64,000 bases of DNA from contig CAXXVL010000002.1 in NCBI GenBank assembly GCA_963667845.2, forward strand, positions 1,056,001 through 1,120,000, read 5' to 3'. Both the position numbers and the translations under genes were made by a program. Position 1 is the first letter of the stretch. Every line of letters starts with the position of its first letter. Shown here in pieces: positions 47,994-57,053 of the stretch. The notes beneath the pieces were generated by a model. It did no database searches, had not been told where the DNA came from, and saw only the letters and a list, made by a program, of their open reading frames with translations. Source of the stretch: Smithellaceae bacterium (GTDB lineage Bacteria > Desulfobacterota > Syntrophia > Syntrophales > Smithellaceae).

Positions 47994-48944
47994 TTAATCA
48001 CAGCCTTTCAGGTATTTGGCTTTGTCCAGGATCTTCTGATATTCGCTTACCACTTTCTTCTGAATCGTCTCGATTTCAGCCTCGCCCAGATGTCGGAAAC
48101 GGCCCTGGGACTTGAAATAATCCTTGATCGGCTTCAGTTTTTTCGGCATGTCCGGGGATACGCGATATTGTCCGTTTTCCACTTCATACAAGGGGAAAAC
48201 ACCCGTTTCCACTGCCAGACGTCCCATGGACACTGCTGTTTGCGACGCGGCGCGCCATCCGGTCGGACAGACGGCGAAGCAGTGGATATAAGATGGCCCT
48301 TGAATGCTTTTTGCTTTTTCAATCTTGCGGATGAAATCCAGCGGATAGCTGGGGCAGGCGGTGGCCACATAAGGAATGTCATGGGCAACCATGATTTCCG
48401 GCATGTTCTTCTTCCAGGTTTTTTGGCCCATGCTCACTTTGCCCGCCGGAGCGGTCGTTGTGGATGCGCCCATCGGCGTGCCGCTGGAGCGCTGAATGCC
48501 CGTATTCATGTAAGCCTCGTTGTCGAAACAGACATAAATCATGTCGTGGCCGCGTTCCATTGCGCCGGAAAGCGCCTGAAACCCGATGTCCATAGTGGCG
48601 CCATCGCCGCCCATACCGACGACTTTGATATAGCGGTTGTCAATCTTCCCTTTTTTGCGCAGGGCTTTGAGGCCCGCCTCAATACCGGAGGCGACCGACG
48701 CTGCGTTTTCAAAGGCGACGTGAATCCAGGGCACCTGCCAGGCAGTGGTCGGAAACATACTCGAGACGATTTCCATGCACCCGGTCGCGGACGCGATGAC
48801 GGTATTCTCACCCAGCGCCTTGGCCATCAGCCGCACGGCGAGCACCTCGGCGCAGCCCGAACAGGCGCGGTGGCCCGACGACAGCAATTCTTGTTTATTG
48901 ATCAGCCGCGGAGCATATAAATCAAAATTTTCTACGATATTCAT
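47994..48944 (-). CDS. porB: Pyruvate/2-oxoacid:ferredoxin oxidoreductase beta subunit (set 2)
   Basis: GHRACSGC, TGCMEI, FENAAS, GDG..DNEAYMNTGIQRS, CPTGW; TAATG overlap with porA. Confidence 0.93.
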   Translation of the reverse strand: MNIVENFDLYAPRLINKQELLSSGHRACSGCAEVLAVRLMAKALGENTVIASATGCMEIVSSMFPTTAWQVPWIHVAFENAASVASGIEAGLKALRKKGKIDNRYIKVVGMGGDGATMDIGFQALSGAMERGHDMIYVCFDNEAYMNTGIQRSSGTPMGASTTTAPAGKVSMGQKTWKKNMPEIMVAHDIPYVATACPSYPLDFIRKIEKAKSIQGPSYIHCFAVCPTGWRAASQTAVSMGRLAVETGVFPLYEVENGQYRVSPDMPKKLKPIKDYFKSQGRFRHLGEAEIETIQKKVVSEYQKILDKAKYLKGCD

Positions 48945-50119
48945 TATTCTCTCACTCCCCAAAATTCATAGGTATCCACCGCAAGGCCTGCCGTGTCCGC
49001 CAGAATTTTTTCAAACATGCCCACAAAATCATGAACAGGAACATCACGTCCGCCCAGTCCGTAAATATAATTGTAAATCAAAGGACGGTTGGCCTGGGCA
49101 TACAGGGCTGACTTGATTTCCGAAAATACCGGACCGCCGGGACCGCCGAAGGATACGGCGCGGTCGGTCACGATCAGTTTTTTTGCATTTTTTGCAACCG
49201 CTTTGATTTCTTCAAACGGGAACGGACGCCACAATCTTAATTTAATGAGCCCGGCCTTGATACCCTTGGATCGAAGTTCATCAATCGCCATCTGGGCCGT
49301 TTCTCCCATCGAGCCCATGGTCAGCATCAGAATTTCCGCGTCGTCCGCTTTGTAAGTTTCAACCGCTTTGTAGGAGCGGCCGAACAATTTCGCCCATTCG
49401 TCCCAGACGTCGACAATGACTTTTTTGGAATTCTTCAGCGCTTCATCCTTGGCTTTCATGATTTCCGTAAAGTAGTCGGCCATGGCAAAAGCGCCCATGG
49501 TCACCGGTTTTGCGGGATGAAGTGTCGCATGGGGAATAAACGGCGGCAGGAATTGATTGACTTCCTCCTGTGTCGGCATCTCAAAAGGTTCCACCATGTG
49601 CGTTAACTGAAAACCATCAATATTAATATTAACCGGAAGCATGACATCTTTATGCTCGGCAATTTTGAAAGCGATAATCGACATATCAATCGCTTCCTGT
49701 CCGTTTTCCACAAAGATGGAAATCCAGCCCGAATCACGCTGCGGCATAATATCGGAATGATCATTCAGAATGTTCAGAGGGCCGGAAACCGCCCGGTTGG
49801 CGATGGCCATCGTGATCGGCAGACGCATCGCCGAAGCGATGGGCAGCAATTCATGCATATACATCAACCCCTGAGAGCTGGTCGCCGTATAAGAACGGGC
49901 GCCCGTGCCGGACGCGCCGATGACTGCGCTCATGGCCGAATGTTCCGATTCCACGGTCACGAATTCCGCATCGATTTTGCCGTCTGCAACGAGATCGGAC
50001 AGATGCTCCGCAATGTGCGACTGAGGGGTGATGGGGTAAACGGCCGCCATATCGATATTGCAGAGCCCCACGGCTTCCGCGACGGCAACTGCCACTTCCA
50101 TACCTACGCGTTTGCCCAT
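48944..50119 (-). CDS. porA: Pyruvate/2-oxoacid:ferredoxin oxidoreductase alpha subunit (set 2)
   Basis: YPITPQS, ESEHSAMS, TATSSQGL, NRA, RPFP, GLGGRD. Confidence 0.93.
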   Translation of the reverse strand: MGKRVGMEVAVAVAEAVGLCNIDMAAVYPITPQSHIAEHLSDLVADGKIDAEFVTVESEHSAMSAVIGASGTGARSYTATSSQGLMYMHELLPIASAMRLPITMAIANRAVSGPLNILNDHSDIMPQRDSGWISIFVENGQEAIDMSIIAFKIAEHKDVMLPVNINIDGFQLTHMVEPFEMPTQEEVNQFLPPFIPHATLHPAKPVTMGAFAMADYFTEIMKAKDEALKNSKKVIVDVWDEWAKLFGRSYKAVETYKADDAEILMLTMGSMGETAQMAIDELRSKGIKAGLIKLRLWRPFPFEEIKAVAKNAKKLIVTDRAVSFGGPGGPVFSEIKSALYAQANRPLIYNYIYGLGGRDVPVHDFVGMFEKILADTAGLAVDTYEFWGVRE

Positions 50120-50120
50120 C

Positions 50121-50399
50121 TTATTCCTCCTCAATCATCTTGATTGCGCGGGGCCAGCACTCATGTGAGCAGATGCCGCATCCCTTGCAATAATCCAGAT
50201 TTGCGCTGAAAAAACCGTCTTCAGTTTGCTGCACGCATCCTTCGGGGCAAAAAACGTAACAAATGCCGCACTTGATGCATTTCGCGTTGTCCCAGATCGG
50301 CCGCTGCGACCGCCAGCTTCCCGTATGATACTCGCTGGCGCTGCCCGGTTCGGACACGACACAGCCGATGGGAAGTTCCCGCCATGTTTTCAATGTCAT
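50121..50399 (-). CDS. porD: Pyruvate/2-oxoacid:ferredoxin oxidoreductase delta subunit (set 2)
   Basis: TGSWRSQRP, CIKCGICYVFCPE, YCKGCGICSHECW. Confidence 0.93.
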   Translation of the reverse strand: MTLKTWRELPIGCVVSEPGSASEYHTGSWRSQRPIWDNAKCIKCGICYVFCPEGCVQQTEDGFFSANLDYCKGCGICSHECWPRAIKMIEEE

Positions 50400-50408
50400 A
50401 TCTACCTC

Positions 50409-50957
50409 TTAATTGATTATTTGTATTTCGTCGTAGGCCCGTTTCATCGCGTTGAGATTCTTCTGGGCGATTCTGCCGAACCGGTGATCAATGGCATCTT
50501 TCATCGCTTCGAGTTCCATGACGCCGGTCACTTTCAAGAGCGCTCCGATCATGGTCGTGTTGGCAATGGGCACGCCCATTTCTTTGCGCGCGATGCCGGT
50601 GCCGTCCACGGTTGCGACTGTGCCCTGGAAGTTCAATTCTTTGCGAATGTCTTCGGGTGTCTTAGGAGTGTTGACGATTAATTTTCCATTGGGTTTCAGT
50701 CCGTCGGTGACGTTCACGAGGCCGATCAAACTGGCGTCGAGGACCAGAACGACATCGGGATCGTAAATGCCCGAACGAACATTAATTTTCTTGTCATCAA
50801 TGCGGGTAAACGCCGCGACGGGCGCCCCTCTTCTTTCCGGGCCGAAACTGGGAAACCCCTGAGCATATTTTCCGGCGGCAATTGCCGCAACCGCCAGCAA
50901 TTCCACTGAGGTAACCGCTCCCTGACCGCCCCGGCCATGCCATCTGACTTCTATCAT
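50409..50957 (-). CDS. porC: Pyruvate/2-oxoacid:ferredoxin oxidoreductase gamma subunit (set 2)
   Basis: EVRWHGRGGQGAVT, FPSFGPERRGAPV, NTTMIGA. Confidence 0.93.
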   Translation of the reverse strand: MIEVRWHGRGGQGAVTSVELLAVAAIAAGKYAQGFPSFGPERRGAPVAAFTRIDDKKINVRSGIYDPDVVLVLDASLIGLVNVTDGLKPNGKLIVNTPKTPEDIRKELNFQGTVATVDGTGIARKEMGVPIANTTMIGALLKVTGVMELEAMKDAIDHRFGRIAQKNLNAMKRAYDEIQIIN

Positions 50958-51064
50958 GTACCTATATCTCCTTCATAAACTTTACACAAAATGACCGTCT
51001 TCCATAATATAGAAGCATTATGGAGTCAACATTTTTTCGTTTTCTCTGAATATACGACAGATAT

Positions 51065-51652
51065 CTATAGGATACGCCATTTGTTCCGTTCGGATGTGTA
51101 CAGATCGTTTCCTTTTGAGTCATTGATGACAACCAGGGGTAACTCAACAATTGTGAGTCTGCGGATCGCTTCCGGACCCAGATCCTCATAGGCGATTAAT
51201 TCCATTTTTTTGACGCAATGCGCGGTCAGTGCGGCAATGCCGCCGATGGCTCCGAAATAGACTGCTTTATATTTCTTAATTGCTTCAATAACTTCCGGTG
51301 AGCGGTTGCCTTTACCGATCATTCCGCGGAGGCCGTGTTGGATGAGTGCGGGAGTAAAAGCGTCCATCCGGTAGCTGGTTGTCGGTCCGATCGACCCGAT
51401 CACCTTGCCGGGAGGTGTAGGAGAAGGGGCGGCGTAGAAAAGGGTCGCCGTTGATAAATCTAGCGGCAGCGGCAGGCCTTGCTTGAGCGCATCATCCAAA
51501 CGACGATGTGCGGCATCCCGGGCTGTATAGACTTCGCCAGTAAGCAGGACCATATCGCCTGCCCGTAAGGTAGAGCAAATAGCGGTGGTCAGAGGTGTGT
51601 GGATAAGGATGGGAGCTTTTCCTGTTGCTGCTGCGCTGATTTCAGCATTCAT
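51065..51652 (-). CDS. Class I fumarate hydratase/tartrate dehydratase, beta subunit
   Basis: YTARDAAHRRL, GPTTSYRMD, MIGKGNR, DLGPEAI; ATGA overlap with the alpha subunit. Confidence 0.92.
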   Translation of the reverse strand: MNAEISAAATGKAPILIHTPLTTAICSTLRAGDMVLLTGEVYTARDAAHRRLDDALKQGLPLPLDLSTATLFYAAPSPTPPGKVIGSIGPTTSYRMDAFTPALIQHGLRGMIGKGNRSPEVIEAIKKYKAVYFGAIGGIAALTAHCVKKMELIAYEDLGPEAIRRLTIVELPLVVINDSKGNDLYTSERNKWRIL

Positions 51653-52515
51653 AACGTTTCTTCCCGATGTCGGGCCACGTGGCACTGGATGTTGACGGCC
51701 ACCGGCAGCGAGGCGATATGACAGGGCATCATCTCCGCCTGAACCCCCAGTGTCGTTACCCAGCCGCCCAGTCCTGCGGGACCGATGCCCATTTCATTAA
51801 TCCGCATGGTGAGTTCTTTTTCCATTTGTTCCAGACGTGAATCCGATTGATTCGTTTCACCCACCGGCCGTAAAAGTGCCTTCTTGGCGAGAATGCAGGC
51901 CTGTTCCAGGGATCCGCCGATGCCGACACCCACAATAATCGGCGGGCAGGGGTTGGCGCCGGCCTTTTCTACCGTTTCCAGAACAAATTTTTTGATGCCC
52001 TCGATTCCCGCCGCGGGCGTCAGCATTTTGGATGCGCTCATGTTTTCACTGCCGCCGCCTTTGGGCATGGCAATGATTCTCAGGTGGTTGCCGGGTACAA
52101 TATCGATATGGATAACGGCGGGCGTGTTGTCTTGAGTATTCTTTCTGGTAAGCGGGTCGCACAGGGACTTGCGCAAAAAACCTTCCTGGTAAGCCTGCCT
52201 TACACCTTCGTGAATGGCCTCCCGCAAATCACCGTTGATGACATGGACATCCTGGCCGATTTCAACAAACACAACGGCAAGACCGGTATCCTGACAGATC
52301 GGCATCCGTTCACGACAGGCAATACCGGCATTTTGAAGGATTCTTTCCAGGACCTGTTTACCGATGGGCGATTCTTCGTTGTGCGAGGCAGATTGCAGTG
52401 CGGACATGATATCTGCTCCGAGGACCATATTGGCTTCAATAAACAGTTTTTTTACAGATGCCGTGATTCGCCTGGCGTTGATTCTTCGCAGCGAATGCTT
52501 GGTTTTATCTTCCAT
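51649..52515 (-). CDS. Class I fumarate hydratase/tartrate dehydratase, alpha subunit
   Basis: [36 protein letters not shown]. Confidence 0.93.
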   Translation of the reverse strand: MEDKTKHSLRRINARRITASVKKLFIEANMVLGADIMSALQSASHNEESPIGKQVLERILQNAGIACRERMPICQDTGLAVVFVEIGQDVHVINGDLREAIHEGVRQAYQEGFLRKSLCDPLTRKNTQDNTPAVIHIDIVPGNHLRIIAMPKGGGSENMSASKMLTPAAGIEGIKKFVLETVEKAGANPCPPIIVGVGIGGSLEQACILAKKALLRPVGETNQSDSRLEQMEKELTMRINEMGIGPAGLGGWVTTLGVQAEMMPCHIASLPVAVNIQCHVARHREETL

Positions 52516-52524
52516 GAGGGATGC

Positions 52525-53124
52525 CTACATGCCTCGGCGAAATTCCAGCGATTTGGAAATCGTCATTTTGTCTACATATTTCAAGTCGCCGCCCATAGGC
52601 ACGCCCATGGCAATGCGGGTTATCTGAATATTGGCATCTTTGAACATCCGGGTGATGAGAAGGGCGGTGGCTTCGCCGTGAACATTGGGATTGGTGGCGA
52701 GAATCAATTCGTTGATCCGGCCTTCTTGGATACGCTTTTGCAGTTCGCCCAGGCGCAAATTTTCCGGACCGATGCCGTCGAGCGGCGCCAGTGCGCCGTG
52801 CAAAACGTGGTACAATCCATGAAAGACGCCGCTTTCCTCGATAGCGGCCAGGGCGTCGGGCTCTTCGACCACGCAGATCACATGCTGATCGCGCCCCGTA
52901 TTGCTGCAGATATGGCAGATATCTTCTTCAGTTGGATTGAGACAGATCCGGCAGAGGCGGATTTTTCGTTTTACTTCGACCAGGCTTTCGGCCAGTTTCT
53001 CCACATCATCGGGGGTAGCCCGCAAAATGTAGTTGGCCAGCCTTGCCGCCGTCTTCTCACCGATTCCGGGAAGCTTGGCCAGTTCTGCAATCAGACGTTT
53101 AATCGGTTGTGCGTAAGATTTCAT
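52525..53124 (-). CDS. recR: Recombination mediator RecR
   Basis: [14 protein letters not shown]4 zinc finger, ICVVE, YHVLHG, ILATNP, GGDLKY. Confidence 0.98.
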   Translation of the reverse strand: MKSYAQPIKRLIAELAKLPGIGEKTAARLANYILRATPDDVEKLAESLVEVKRKIRLCRICLNPTEEDICHICSNTGRDQHVICVVEEPDALAAIEESGVFHGLYHVLHGALAPLDGIGPENLRLGELQKRIQEGRINELILATNPNVHGEATALLITRMFKDANIQITRIAMGVPMGGDLKYVDKMTISKSLEFRRGM

Positions 53125-53131
53125 GTGCGCC

Positions 53132-53446
53132 TTACATACCCATTCCGGGGATGCCTAAGCCCCCGGTGATTTTCGCCATTTCGGACGACGCCATTTCCTG
53201 CGATTTGCGGATGCCTTCGTTTACTGCCGCGGCGATCAGGTCCTGCAGCATCTCAACATCTTCCGGATTGACAACTTCCTTCTCAATCTTCAGGGAAACG
53301 ATTTCAAATTTCCCGTTAACCAGCACCTTGACCATGCCTCCGCCGGATTGCGCTTCAATTGTTTTTGATTCCAGTTCCTGCTGCAACCGGCCAATTTTCT
53401 CCTGCATTTTCTTGGCCTGTTTCATGATATTGCCGATGTTATGCAC
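53132..53446 (-). CDS. ybaB: YbaB/EbfC nucleoid-associated protein
   Basis: [32 protein letters not shown]. Confidence 0.96.
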   Translation of the reverse strand: MHNIGNIMKQAKKMQEKIGRLQQELESKTIEAQSGGGMVKVLVNGKFEIVSLKIEKEVVNPEDVEMLQDLIAAAVNEGIRKSQEMASSEMAKITGGLGIPGMGM

Positions 53447-53593
53447 TTTGGTTACCCCCCCTGTTTCTGATGGCCTGTTAAAAATTCCTCGGCATGCGCC
53501 GGGCTTCGCATATGCTGCAATGGATATGCTTTTCTCTCTTACCCTGCTTCCGGGACTTTTCTTTATACCATCGAAAGAATTATTTTGGTTTAT

Positions 53594-55288
53594 TTATGTT
53601 ATTTTCTTATCCGTAATTGGTTTTATATCTACAAGCTCCGCGCCTTCAAACTGTGAAAGCACTTTCTGGAAAATCGGCGAATTCATGGCCTCGCGCTTGA
53701 TATCGTTTAAGGTGTTCGTTTTTGTGCTGCGGTTAGAGCCGTTCACCTTCGGCGTCTCGATCGATTTTATCACCAGGGAGACTTTTTGCGAATAAAAAAG
53801 TTCCGCAATTCTTTCCAACTCTTCTTTCTGCGGCTTTTCCATAATGCTCTCGAGAAAAATATAACCATTCGGAAAGCCCAGTGTCAAACAGCCGTTCTCC
53901 ATCCCCAGAATTTCTGCCGCATCAATTTTAGCGCCCAGCGGCGGATTTTCCCGCTTGATAAATTTTTTCAAATCATGGCCCGGAGCGGGTTTGGCCGTAT
54001 GGCGGGGTTGAGCCGCTTCGGAAACGGGTTGGGGGCCGGGAGGATCGGCAACGTCTTGCGGTACCGCGGGTTGAGGTGGCTCGAACGATTTTGTTGCCGC
54101 CGGCTCGGCGACAATCCTATCCCGGGATGGCGAATCATTGTTGGCAAGCCTGTTCTCCAGTGATTCCAGAGCTGCCAGGATTTCGCCGACAGGAAAAACC
54201 GGTTCCAAATAAGCCATCCGGACCAGGATGGTTTCAATTTTCATCCGCACTTCCTGGCTGCGGCGCAGACTGTCGGCTTCACCGAGAAGAATATCCAGGT
54301 AACGCTGCAGTGTTTCGCGGGAGATATGTTGCGTTTGATTCTTAAGTTTTGCCACCTGTTCCGGTGCGATGTCAAAGGACGAACCGCCGTCTGCGGCGAT
54401 TTTCATCAGCAGTAAATTGCGGAAATGCCGAAGCAGCATCGAATAAAAGTGTTTCATGTCAATGCCCGCCAGATAGGCTTCTTCCAGGATCATCAGGCAG
54501 GCGCCGGCGTTGCGGGCCATGACCGCTTCAGAAAGGCGATAGAGGTATTTACGATCGGCAAGTCCCAGGATGTCTTCCACATCATCGTCGGAGATGGCCA
54601 TGCCGGCGTAAGAAATTACCTGATCGAAAATGCTCTGGGCGTCGCGCATGCTCCCGTCGCCGGCTTCGGCAACCCAGGAAAGCGCCGTCGGGCTGATCGT
54701 AATGCCTTCTTTGCCGGCGATTATTGCCAGATTATCCGCAATTTGCTTAAGTGATATGCGGCGGAAATCATAACACTGGCAGCGCGACAGAATCGTTGCC
54801 GGTACTTTGTGGTTTTCCGTCGTGGCAAAAATAAAAATGACGTGGCCGGGCGGTTCTTCCAGCGTTTTTAAAAGCGCATTGAACGCCTCGCGGGTCAACA
54901 TATGCACTTCATCGATGATGTAGATTTTGTATTTGGAGGCAGCCGGAGCAAATTTGACATTTTCGCGAAGTTCGCGGATTTCATCTATTCCGCGATTGGA
55001 GGCGCCGTCGATTTCGCGAACGTCCATCGACGTACCTTCCGTAATCTCCTTGCAGTTCGGACAGACATTGCAGGGTTCGGCCGTCGGTCCTTTCTCGCAG
55101 TTGAGCGATTTGGCCAGAATCCGGGCCACCGATGTCTTGCCGACGCCCCGGGGGCCGGAAAACAGAAAGGCGTGTCCGATGCGTCCCTGTCCAATCGCAT
55201 TGGCCAAGGTTCGGATGACGGGCTCCTGACCCGCAACATCGTCAAATTTTTGCGGGCGAAATTTTCGGGCTAATACCAGATATTCCAA
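53594..55288 (-). CDS. dnaX: DNA polymerase III subunit gamma/tau
   Basis: LARKFRP, GPRGVGKTS, EIDGASNRG, IDEVHML, NALLKTLEEPP, SRC; TTG start. Confidence 0.98.
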   Translation of the reverse strand: MEYLVLARKFRPQKFDDVAGQEPVIRTLANAIGQGRIGHAFLFSGPRGVGKTSVARILAKSLNCEKGPTAEPCNVCPNCKEITEGTSMDVREIDGASNRGIDEIRELRENVKFAPAASKYKIYIIDEVHMLTREAFNALLKTLEEPPGHVIFIFATTENHKVPATILSRCQCYDFRRISLKQIADNLAIIAGKEGITISPTALSWVAEAGDGSMRDAQSIFDQVISYAGMAISDDDVEDILGLADRKYLYRLSEAVMARNAGACLMILEEAYLAGIDMKHFYSMLLRHFRNLLLMKIAADGGSSFDIAPEQVAKLKNQTQHISRETLQRYLDILLGEADSLRRSQEVRMKIETILVRMAYLEPVFPVGEILAALESLENRLANNDSPSRDRIVAEPAATKSFEPPQPAVPQDVADPPGPQPVSEAAQPRHTAKPAPGHDLKKFIKRENPPLGAKIDAAEILGMENGCLTLGFPNGYIFLESIMEKPQKEELERIAELFYSQKVSLVIKSIETPKVNGSNRSTKTNTLNDIKREAMNSPIFQKVLSQFEGAELVDIKPITDKKIT

Positions 55289-55338
55289 TTATACCTCGTT
55301 ACATTGGGTTTTTTGCGCCGGAGATAATAAATTATAAA

Positions 55339-55439
55339 TGGAGACCGGGTTTACCGCAACACACGATGGGATTTGCTGCCGCTGCTTCCTTCCGGACCTG
55401 ACGGGGTTCACAAGCCTTCGTTGTACGGGACCCGGCCAT
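55339..55439 (-). ncRNA. ffs: Signal recognition particle RNA (4.5S)
   Basis: Reverse complement contains GTCAGGTCCGGAAGGAAGCAGC within a long hairpin; usual position upstream of dnaX. Confidence 0.95.
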
Positions 55440-55552
55440 AATTTCATATATTGCCTGATCAAGACTCTTAATGGATAAATGGACAGGAATCAACCCAAAT
55501 TTTGAAGACACTGGCTGAATAATAAGGGTGAGCTTTAACCTGCTGCAATTAA

Positions 55553-55646
55553 TGGCGGAGAGTGGGGGATTCGAACCCCCGTGGGAGCTTGTGACCCCCA
55601 AATCGATTTCGAGTCGATCCCGTTACGACCACTTCGGTAACTCTCC
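55553..55646 (-). tRNA. tRNA-Ser (CGA)
   Basis: GGAGAGTTACCGAAGTGGT...ATCGACTCGAAATCGAT, long variable arm, GGTTCGAATCC, GCCA end. Confidence 0.97.
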
Positions 55647-55667
55647 GATTATCTTAACATCATTATT

Positions 55668-55700
55668 CGATAGGGACGTTGAAGGCCAACGTCCCTATCG
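55668..55700. repeat. 14-bp-stem inverted repeat, REP-like, between the tRNA-Ser genes
   Basis: CGATAGGGACGTTG-AAGGC-CAACGTCCCTATCG. Confidence 0.6.
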
Positions 55701-55708
55701 TTGTTATC

Positions 55709-55802
55709 TGGCGGAGAGAGCGGGATTCGAACCCGCGGTACACCTTTGTGGGCATACACACGATTTCCAGTCGTGCTCCTTCGGCCACTCAGACATCTCT
55801 CC
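55709..55802 (-). tRNA. tRNA-Ser (GGA)
   Basis: GGAGAGATGTCTGAGTGGCC...CACGACTGGAAATCGTG, long variable arm, GGTTCGAATCC, GCCA end. Confidence 0.97.
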
Positions 55803-55807
55803 GCGCC

Positions 55808-56281
55808 TTATTCAGTTGCCGACTCGGCTCTTATCCTCTTTTCTCTAAAAAATCTACTCAAAATTTCCCCGCATTCGTCCCGCAAGATTCCTTCCGACAA
55901 ACGCACCTGATGATTGAAACGATTATCACTCAGAATTTGATAAAGAGAAACCACCGCTCCGGCTTTCGGATCGCGCGCACCGAAAATAACCTGACTAAGC
56001 CTTGCCTGGAGAATTGCGCCGGCGCACATGACGCAGGGTTCCAGTGTCACATAGAGTTTCGCCCCGGTCAGGCGGTAATTGCCGATCTCTGTGCAGGCCT
56101 TGCGGATGGCGAGCATTTCGGCATGTGCGGAAGCATCGTTACCGGCAATGGGAGCGTTGTGCGCTGAGGCGAGAATGCGGTCATCCTGAACCAATACCGC
56201 GCCGATAGGCACTTCGTCCCGCGCAGCTGCCTTACGCGCTTCTTCCAGAGCCAGTCTCATGTAATCTTCATCTGTCAGCAT
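55808..56281 (-). CDS. tadA: tRNA adenosine(34) deaminase
   Basis: EVPIGAV, AHAE, YVTLEPCVMCAGA, DPKAGA. Confidence 0.97.
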   Translation of the reverse strand: MLTDEDYMRLALEEARKAAARDEVPIGAVLVQDDRILASAHNAPIAGNDASAHAEMLAIRKACTEIGNYRLTGAKLYVTLEPCVMCAGAILQARLSQVIFGARDPKAGAVVSLYQILSDNRFNHQVRLSEGILRDECGEILSRFFREKRIRAESATE

Positions 56282-56375
56282 GTTTTATCCCGCCGTGTCT
56301 AAAATCACATTTTCGTTATCATATTGTTGATTTTGAGGCAAATGCCGTATATGATTGCGCATAAGCGAGAAAAGC

Positions 56376-56936
56376 ATGGATTCAAAAAAGATTTTTCTTT
56401 TACCGATCATTATCTCCATCATCGGGCATGTCGCGTTGATTACCGTGAGCAGCATGGTGGACCTGCGCGACAATGTCAAAGCCGCCGAACTTTTCACCGT
56501 TCGAATTGCGCAATCTGAGCCCCAGCGGGCCGAAGAACCCAAAAAAGAAGAAAAAGCAAAACCGGTGCGCGAAAAAATACAGCCGCAAAAACGGGAAGCC
56601 AAGCCAATCCCGGAGGGCGGACGCGAAGACACGGTGGATCTGGGTTCTTCCGATATGAAGTATGCAGGCTATCTGGCGACTTTGAAAAAAAAGATTTTGC
56701 CGATCTGGACATCTGCCGAAGCATACAGGAGCAGCGAAGCCGGCGTAGTGGTCATCCTGATGTCCATTAATGCCGATGGTTCATTGTCGCAGTTGCTTCT
56801 GACGTCGTCATCCGGTTCGGCGAGTCTTGATCAGGGAACCCTGGATGTCATCAATGCCGCGGCGCCTTTTAATCCGCTGCCCGCAAAATATGAGCTTTCG
56901 CGCCTGCACATCACCGCATCGTTTCGCTACCAGTAA
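56376..56936 (+). CDS. TonB/TolA C-terminal-domain membrane protein
   Basis: TM with SxxxH (SIIGH), charged linker, INADGSL...SSGSASLD...AAPFNPLP. Confidence 0.8.
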   Translation: MDSKKIFLLPIIISIIGHVALITVSSMVDLRDNVKAAELFTVRIAQSEPQRAEEPKKEEKAKPVREKIQPQKREAKPIPEGGREDTVDLGSSDMKYAGYLATLKKKILPIWTSAEAYRSSEAGVVVILMSINADGSLSQLLLTSSSGSASLDQGTLDVINAAAPFNPLPAKYELSRLHITASFRYQ

Positions 56937-57053
56937 CAGGCGGCGGTGCAGGAAAGTCGCGGACGCGAGACCTAAGCGAGATGCAGCCGGGAGAGACCGC
57001 ACGGGGTGGAGAGTCGGAGAGCCCGTTTTCTCTGAATTATTTTTTCTTACCCT

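Noticed and set aside
50955..50980. GAAGGAGATATA resembling the T7 gene 10 RBS (possible vector contamination)
   Set aside because: A short match that serves as the native porC SD; no other vector sequence nearby.
52084..53169. 361-aa + strand ORF
   Set aside because: Antisense shadow of recR and fumarase alpha; no recognisable motifs.
53940..53990. Programmed -1 frameshift site in dnaX
   Set aside because: The A-run (TTG AAA AAA TTT) is not an in-frame X XXY YYZ slippery heptamer.
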